Shown here piece by piece: positions 60,308-64,000 of a stretch of DNA of 64,000 bases (position 1 is its first letter; every line of letters starts with the position of its first letter). This DNA comes from an uncultured Anaerolineaceae bacterium (GTDB lineage Bacteria > Chloroflexota > Anaerolineae > Anaerolineales > UBA4823). The translations under genes were made by a program, and so were the position numbers. Below the pieces are notes generated by a model that had not been told where the DNA came from, did not search any database, and worked only from the letters and a program-made list of their open reading frames with translations. The stretch lies in contig CAYGZL010000116.1 in the NCBI GenBank assembly GCA_964354345.1, forward strand, positions 214 through 64,213, read 5' to 3'.

Positions 60308-61720
60308 ATGGCCGGAACCTTCATTATTACACCGCTGGCAAACCAGGCAATCCTTGCCAAGGGTGAGGGAAGCGCGTCTTTTACCGTTACGAATAATAGC
60401 GGTCGAGCGTTGCGTGGCCGGGCGTTGTTAGAGACTGTACCGGCTGAACAGTCTCACAAGGATTGGCTGAAGCTGGATCGGGAGGCCGAACAGGAGTACG
60501 ACATCGCTGCAGCAGCGCAAATTAACGTGGCGATTAAAGCCCCTGCTGGAACTCCGCCAGGCAAATATACTTTCCGCCTGAATATACTGGATGTCAGCAA
60601 TCCAGACGAGGGTTTATCCGAGGGTCCGACGGTCACAATCATCGTCCCGAAAGAAGGAGATGGAGGCCATTTCCCCTGGTGGATCATCCTGGTTGTCCTG
60701 GCTGTGCTGGCTTTGATCGGCGGATTAATTTATTCCTTAACCCGTCCAAAAGGATCCATTGTGCCAGCGTTGATTGGGAAGCCGGTGGAGACGGCCTTAG
60801 CAATGCTAGACAAAGCTGGCCTGCAAGTTACCCCGCTGTATGCGGATAATCCGGAGACGAAGGGGAATGTGTTCGCCTCCACTCCGCAAGGCGGAGATGG
60901 CGTGGTGAAGAACGCGCCTGTGATCTTGTTCATCTCCAATGGACCGACGGCAACCTTCACAGTGACCCCGCAGTTCACCCCCACGCCAACCTTCACCCCT
61001 TCCATCACCCCCTCGCCGACTCCTCACACCGGAATCTTCCAGGCTAACCAGGACCGGTTTTGGTGGTCAGAAGCATGCCCGCAAAATTGCCCCGATTTCG
61101 CTAAAGGTGATATGCTGACCATCTACCGGTACAGCGAGTTTGAAATAGCTCCGAAAAATAAAATCAACTTACCCGAATTTATTCAGCCTAATCTTGAAGT
61201 GATTCCTACTGCCACGAATACACCCTCCTCGGGTATGGTACTTATCAAACCGGATATATCTATCCTTAAACCTTTAGTTCCTGCGGATACAATCACAAAA
61301 GCCACACTTATCAGCCCTTTTAGAAGAACGACGACCTGGTCAACGGCTACGGTTCTTTTCGATTTGACGCAAATTCCACGCCGGGCTAACATCGTGTCAG
61401 CCATGCTAACTTTATCTGTAGTTGATTCAGATGGCGCAGATCCGAATATATCTGTTATGTTGGCAAGCGCGCCATGGTCCGAGTCGAGCAATGATGCCCC
61501 GCCGTGCAATCAAACTGGAAAAGTCCTTATTAAAGTAACTTCCAGCGGCACCCAGAATTGGGATATCAGTAATTTACTGGCCAGCCAGATTGCTGGGTCT
61601 GGACAAATTAACGGCTTCTGTTTGACCATGGAAACCAGTGGTTCGACACGTAGTTTTGCCAGCCGGAACAATTCCAACACAAAGCTACGACCAACATTGA
61701 CTGTGATCTATTATCCGTAA
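60308..61720 (+). CDS. Bitopic protein 2: Ig-like N-domain, TM, PASTA, Thr-Pro linker, DNRLRE/CBM96-like C-domain
   Basis: FPWW-TM; VPALIGKPVETALAMLDKAGL...GNVFASTP...VILFISNG; C-domain FDLTQIP...IVSAMLTL...WDIS...FASR...RPTLTVIY. Confidence 0.8.
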   Translation: MAGTFIITPLANQAILAKGEGSASFTVTNNSGRALRGRALLETVPAEQSHKDWLKLDREAEQEYDIAAAAQINVAIKAPAGTPPGKYTFRLNILDVSNPDEGLSEGPTVTIIVPKEGDGGHFPWWIILVVLAVLALIGGLIYSLTRPKGSIVPALIGKPVETALAMLDKAGLQVTPLYADNPETKGNVFASTPQGGDGVVKNAPVILFISNGPTATFTVTPQFTPTPTFTPSITPSPTPHTGIFQANQDRFWWSEACPQNCPDFAKGDMLTIYRYSEFEIAPKNKINLPEFIQPNLEVIPTATNTPSSGMVLIKPDISILKPLVPADTITKATLISPFRRTTTWSTATVLFDLTQIPRRANIVSAMLTLSVVDSDGADPNISVMLASAPWSESSNDAPPCNQTGKVLIKVTSSGTQNWDISNLLASQIAGSGQINGFCLTMETSGSTRSFASRNNSNTKLRPTLTVIYYP

Positions 61721-61760
61721 GTCGAAACTTACTGTTCCCCGATGAAGGAAGGAGAACGTC

Positions 61761-62942
61761 ATGGCAGATATTTTCACCATCACACCATTGTCGAACCAGG
61801 TAACCCTGAACGCCAACCGCCAGGCAACCGTCGTGTTTACTGTCACCAATAACAGTGGTCGGATGGTGCATGGCCTGGCCTCGCTGGCGACTGATCCGGA
61901 AAAACAACCCCATGCAGCCTGGCTAACGATCGAGGGTGAGGCTGAACAAGAATACCCTATTGCCGGCCTCATCCAAATCAAGGTGAATATCACCGTTCCT
62001 GCAGAAACCAGCCCAGGCACGTATAACTTCCGGCTTAACATGGTGGATGTCAGCAATACGGATGAAACCTTTTGCCAGGGGCAAACAGTAACGATCGTCG
62101 TCCGTGAGGTTATCATCATACCCTGGTGGAAAAAGTTCTACCCCTGGTGGATCATCGTTGCAGCAGTGATCGCTCTGGTGTTAATTATCCTGCTCGTGAT
62201 TTTATTAACCCGAAAAAAAGAGGTAACCATTCCACCTGTCGTGGGTACTCCCGTGGGAGTGGTACAAACCCGGTTGACTGAAATTGGCTTGACAAATTCA
62301 ACCACCAACAATAATCACACCGAGGCCAGCGGTATTGTCTATGATTCGAATCCAACCTCCGGCACGAAGGTTCCCAGTGGATCGAATGTTGAATTATTCG
62401 TCTCCAAAGGACCAGGCCAGGTTACGGTAAGGTTTAAAGCCGTCCAGGACAAATTCTGGTACCCGCCTTATGTATTATGTATTTTCGGTTCATGTCCTGA
62501 CTTTAACTATGGTCCGGATTTGCAACTCTTTAGGAGCGCGACAGGAACTGGAGGCTCTGGGTTAGTTGCTATTCAATTTATGTTAAATTCCATCCCAGCC
62601 GGAGCGACTATTCAATCAGCCTCACTACAATTATCTGTTACGGATTACAAGGGGATTAATCCAGGGGTTACCGTTTCACTGGCTTCTTCATACTGGTCTG
62701 AGGGGGGGGCGACGGCGCCAAATTGCTCAACCGTAAACCAGACCAGTATTTCAGTCGGCCCGGCAGGTGATTATGTTAAGTGGGATGTCACCGCACTGGT
62801 AAACTACAAATACCATAATCCCGCGGTAAATAACGGATTCTGCCTGACCATGAACTTCGGAGATTCTTTGAGATCTTTTGGCAGCCGGGAGAATCCCAAC
62901 CCCAGAGCCCAACCAGTACTGTCAGTTACCTATACTCCTTAG
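61761..62942 (+). CDS. Bitopic protein 3: Ig-like N-domain, TM, PASTA, DNRLRE/CBM96-like C-domain
   Basis: YPWW-TM; IPPVVGTPV...GIVYDSNPTSGTKVPSGSNVELFVSKG; C-domain IPAGATIQSASLQL...WDVTALV...FGSRE...PVLSVTY; AAGGAG RBS. Confidence 0.82.
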   Translation: MADIFTITPLSNQVTLNANRQATVVFTVTNNSGRMVHGLASLATDPEKQPHAAWLTIEGEAEQEYPIAGLIQIKVNITVPAETSPGTYNFRLNMVDVSNTDETFCQGQTVTIVVREVIIIPWWKKFYPWWIIVAAVIALVLIILLVILLTRKKEVTIPPVVGTPVGVVQTRLTEIGLTNSTTNNNHTEASGIVYDSNPTSGTKVPSGSNVELFVSKGPGQVTVRFKAVQDKFWYPPYVLCIFGSCPDFNYGPDLQLFRSATGTGGSGLVAIQFMLNSIPAGATIQSASLQLSVTDYKGINPGVTVSLASSYWSEGGATAPNCSTVNQTSISVGPAGDYVKWDVTALVNYKYHNPAVNNGFCLTMNFGDSLRSFGSRENPNPRAQPVLSVTYTP

Positions 62943-62953
62943 GATTGTTCTAG

Positions 62954-63499
62954 ATGAGTCTAAAAACACTAATTATTATCCTGGTTGTGCTGGGGTTGCT
63001 GTTTGCTGCCGCGGTTCTGGTTGGTGCATCGCGACAGGACGATCCCAATGCAAAGCCAACCAATAGCTGGCAGGGAAACCTGATCAAAAGCTTCGGTAAC
63101 CTGATCCCCAAGGGAAAAGTTGGCGCGGACGATGTACGCAGGGCGATTGATCCGAGTTGCTGGAGACCGCAGGAACAGAGAATGGTCATTCAAAGTGGGT
63201 TGGTCTGTCTGTATTATTTCAACCCATCCAAAATGCCACGCCTGCTGCGCCTGAGTCTGACAGAGGGAAATTCAGCTCAGCTATTACTCAGCCAGCCGGT
63301 AAACTCCGATGGTGATATGGTCACCGCCAAGCCAGTCCTCGACCAGGGGAACGAACCGCCAACGGTTGATCCTGTTATTAATGGGCAAACGATCCGCTTT
63401 AACCTGTACCGGCAACAGAAAGACACCGATACGGTCAAATTGGTTGTGCAATGTAATGCTGCGCCCGGAAAGAATTGTAGTTTAACCTTCAAAAAATAA
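62954..63499 (+). CDS. Membrane-anchored or secreted hypothetical protein with Cys pairs
   Basis: N-terminal hydrophobic helix; four Cys; starts 11 bp after the previous stop. Confidence 0.7.
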   Translation: MSLKTLIIILVVLGLLFAAAVLVGASRQDDPNAKPTNSWQGNLIKSFGNLIPKGKVGADDVRRAIDPSCWRPQEQRMVIQSGLVCLYYFNPSKMPRLLRLSLTEGNSAQLLLSQPVNSDGDMVTAKPVLDQGNEPPTVDPVINGQTIRFNLYRQQKDTDTVKLVVQCNAAPGKNCSLTFKK

Positions 63500-63531
63500 C
63501 CCCCCCACCGATTATCCATTCCGGCCATTCA

Positions 63532-64000
63532 CTAGGTGCGTGTAAGCGCCTTGAGGATGGCCGGAATCGCGCCAATCAACAGGATTATCAGCCAGATTAC
63601 GCCCAGGATCGCCACCACAATGGCCGCGATGGCATCGGTAATGCTGACCAAAAAGATCGGCACGATGCCCCAAAGAAAGCTGATGATAATGTTCCCGAGA
63701 AATGAGCACAAGATCATCATAATCAAGGCTTTTCCCCGCAGGAAGTGTTGTTGCGCCAACAGGATGCAAACCACGATACCGATCTTCATCAACAACAGCA
63801 CGCTCAGGATGGCATTGCCACCGCCGCGGTTAAAGAAAGCAAACATGATAAAGTAAGCGATCGTGCCGAACGGAACAGCTAATAACAATCCGACCATCAG
63901 CAGTAACTTAACGATGGCCAGGATAATCATGAGGATCGCGGCGATGAGGAGCAGGATCGAGAATATGACTGTGACGCAGCCCTGTAACCGCCCGTGAATA
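63532..64000 (-). CDS. Polytopic membrane protein, 5' end beyond the window
   Basis: The frame stays open upstream of 63930 to the window edge (IHGRLQGCVTVIFSILLLIAAIL...); at least 5 hydrophobic helices; convergent with the CIS operon. Confidence 0.7.
   Translation of the reverse strand, partial: IHGRLQGCVTVIFSILLLIAAILMIILAIVKLLLMVGLLLAVPFGTIAYFIMFAFFNRGGGNAILSVLLLMKIGIVVCILLAQQHFLRGKALIMMILCSFLGNIIISFLWGIVPIFLVSITDAIAAIVVAILGVIWLIILLIGAIPAILKALTRT

Larger units (their letters stand above)
48154..63499 (+). other. Contractile injection system (phage-tail-like, eCIS/cytoplasmic CIS type) gene cluster with downstream membrane-protein array
   Basis: Co-oriented, mostly overlapping or closely spaced genes for cap, sheath, tube, tube initiator, spike, tip, gp25, baseplate J and gpI-like proteins; no capsid, portal, terminase or integrase. 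Confidence 0.9.

Noticed and set aside
58916-62942. Diversity-generating retroelement behind the variable C-termini
   Set aside because: No reverse transcriptase and no near-identical template/variable repeat pair. The paralogs differ throughout, as expected for old duplications.

Overview
Bacterial chromosomal window, most consistent with Chloroflexota/Anaerolineae (inferred from the CpXC protein, the acidic TPR protein and Thr-Pro-rich membrane and lipoproteins). Positions 1-48,026 are mostly housekeeping: pgk (partial)-gap-yvcK, ROK kinase, recJ, a GH3 membrane protein, a Ser/Thr kinase with an FHA-wHTH partner, tgt, uppP, moxR/DUF58, yggT-yggS-pgeF, a csoR-copZ-copA copper cluster with ccdA and a thioredoxin, folB/folE, hpf, comF, rpoD, a GldAFG-like ABC system, ndk and the TIGR03960/TIGR03936 pair. 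From 48,154 to 58,499 there is a phage-tail-like contractile injection system (CIS): cap/terminator-like protein, sheath, tube, Pro-rich protein, tube-initiator/LysM, VgrG-like spike, PAAR-like tip, gp25, a baseplate-J protein fused to an Asp-box beta-propeller, and a gpI-like protein. No capsid, lysis, tail-fibre, AAA+ ATPase or T6SS membrane genes are visible. Directly downstream on the same strand are three paralogous single-pass membrane proteins (conserved Ig-like N-domain, PWW-TM, PASTA, variable C-terminal domain) and other membrane proteins. This is the best candidate for an undescribed system: a cytoplasmic CIS that may dock to the membrane through an array of PASTA-bearing adaptors or sensors. 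All family assignments come from motif recognition by eye, not from database searches.
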